Source of the DNA: Marsupella aquatica | Lineage: Eukaryota; Plantae; Marchantiophyta | Direction: 5' to 3' | NCBI GenBank assembly: GCA_973895155.1 | Contig: OZ316893.1 | Span: 19,534,857 to 19,598,856, forward strand | DNA length: 64,000 bases | Part shown: piece by piece, positions 62,871 to 64,000 of the stretch | How the letters are laid out: every line of letters begins with the position of its first letter | Numbering within the stretch: position 1 is the first letter of the stretch | The notes under the pieces: generated by a model | The model's database searches: none | Told to the model about the DNA's origin: nothing | What the model saw: only the letters and a program-made list of their open reading frames with translations | Translations under genes and position numbers: made by a program

Positions 62871-63896
62871 TCACTTGCCACCCCTCATCTTGTTGAGCTG
62901 GTTTAAAGCGGGTTGGAGGATGTTGAAAAGAACCCATCCAACGGCTGGGAGAAGGACGACAAGAAGAACTAACGCTCGGGAATCGCTGTCAGCCAGCTGG
63001 GCGATCTCCTGAGCAGCATCTGCCTCATTAGCAACAAGGAGAGAAGCGGCTCCACCGAGCCCAATTGCTCCAACCAGACCTTTCACACCCCTCATCTTGT
63101 TCAACTGGTTCAAAGCGGGTTGGAGAATGTTGAAAAGAACCCATCCAACGGCTGGAAGAAGGACGACAAGAAGGACCAATCCTCGGGCATCATTGTCAGC
63201 CAGTTGGGTGATCTCCTGTGCGGCATCTGCCTGATTGGCCACAAGAAGAGAGGCGGCTCCACCGAGTCCAATTGCTCCAACCAAACCTTTCGTGTTCGTC
63301 ATCTTGTTCAACTGGTTCAAAGCCGGCTGCAGAATGTTGTACAGGACCCAGCCGATGGCAGGAACAAGGATTCCTAGAAGGACAAGACCCCTGCTGTCAT
63401 TGTCTGCAACCTGAGCGATCTCCTGAACAGCTGCCTCAGCCTGAGATGAGAAGGCAACAGATCCCACAGCTCCGAGCCCGAGTCCAGCGATCAATCCCTT
63501 CGTGGCCTTCATCTTGTTGAACTGGTTTAATCCAGGCTGCAGAATGTTGAACAGGACCCATCCAAGGGCTGGGACCAAAGGAATCAGTAGTGCCAGAGCA
63601 CGGCTGTCGTCATTTGCAGCAAGTGCCATCACCTGCTGGGTAGCCATGGCCGAGTCAGAGGTTGCCATTGCAGCAAACAAAGCACCTGCGATTGCGCTCG
63701 CTCCTTGAGTCAGTTCATCTGTAACTGGAGATGTCTCCAGCTTGTTCAATGCAGAAACGGTCAGCTGCTTCTTCAGCGAAGTCCTGGGCGTGCTCACACG
63801 CAGACGCTGAAGATCCTGGCCCCATACCCGACTGTTCTTTTGCACAGTCGCTACAACACTCAAACTGCTTCCAGCTAGTGCTGTCGCCATTGCCAT
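62871..63896 (-). CDS. PSBY: Photosystem II PsbY polyprotein precursor with four PsbY units, intronless
   Basis: ATG 63896 (MAMATALAG), then a transit peptide and four units D-x-R...P-A-x-G-W-V-L-(F/Y)-N-I-L-Q-P-x-L-N-Q-x-N-K-M. Each unit is preceded by a hydrophobic signal ending A-x-A. Confidence 0.95.
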   Translation of the reverse strand: MAMATALAGSSLSVVATVQKNSRVWGQDLQRLRVSTPRTSLKKQLTVSALNKLETSPVTDELTQGASAIAGALFAAMATSDSAMATQQVMALAANDDSRALALLIPLVPALGWVLFNILQPGLNQFNKMKATKGLIAGLGLGAVGSVAFSSQAEAAVQEIAQVADNDSRGLVLLGILVPAIGWVLYNILQPALNQLNKMTNTKGLVGAIGLGGAASLLVANQADAAQEITQLADNDARGLVLLVVLLPAVGWVLFNILQPALNQLNKMRGVKGLVGAIGLGGAASLLVANEADAAQEIAQLADSDSRALVLLVVLLPAVGWVLFNILQPALNQLNKMRGGK

Positions 63897-64000
63897 TCGT
63901 AGCTTCGAAGCTGAAACCCTGCTTGAGCACGCGAAATCCAAGGTTACTACATCAATTCTCAGTAGAATCTAACACAGATTGTGGCCTTCCTCACATTCTC

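Noticed and set aside
63897-63941. N-terminal extension of the PsbY ORF in the ORF track
   Set aside because: It starts at TTG. The first ATG (63896) gives a typical transit peptide.

Overview
This is eukaryotic land-plant nuclear DNA, most likely a bryophyte such as a liverwort (inferred from the gene set, intron style and plastid-rRNA signature). It holds six host genes: an L-type lectin receptor kinase (+, 5' end outside the window), a QSOX sulfhydryl oxidase (+), an ankyrin-repeat RMT2-type arginine methyltransferase (-), a very large multi-exon SGR6/MROH HEAT-repeat gene (+), gamma-SNAP (-, with a U12 minor intron) and a PsbY polyprotein with four PsbY units (-). Between about 3.7 and 19.7 kb is a nested TE island. 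It comprises a TIR-bounded element packed with a 12-bp GATAAATTTATC palindrome, a non-coding repeat 'X' split by a Ty1/copia element, and, inside that copia in place of gag/protease, an inverted second copy of X plus a decayed spliced orphan gene whose intron cassette occurs twice. An SGR6 intron carries a chimeric plastid 16S/23S rRNA fragment. All coordinates were read by eye, so exon and repeat boundaries may be off by a few bases.
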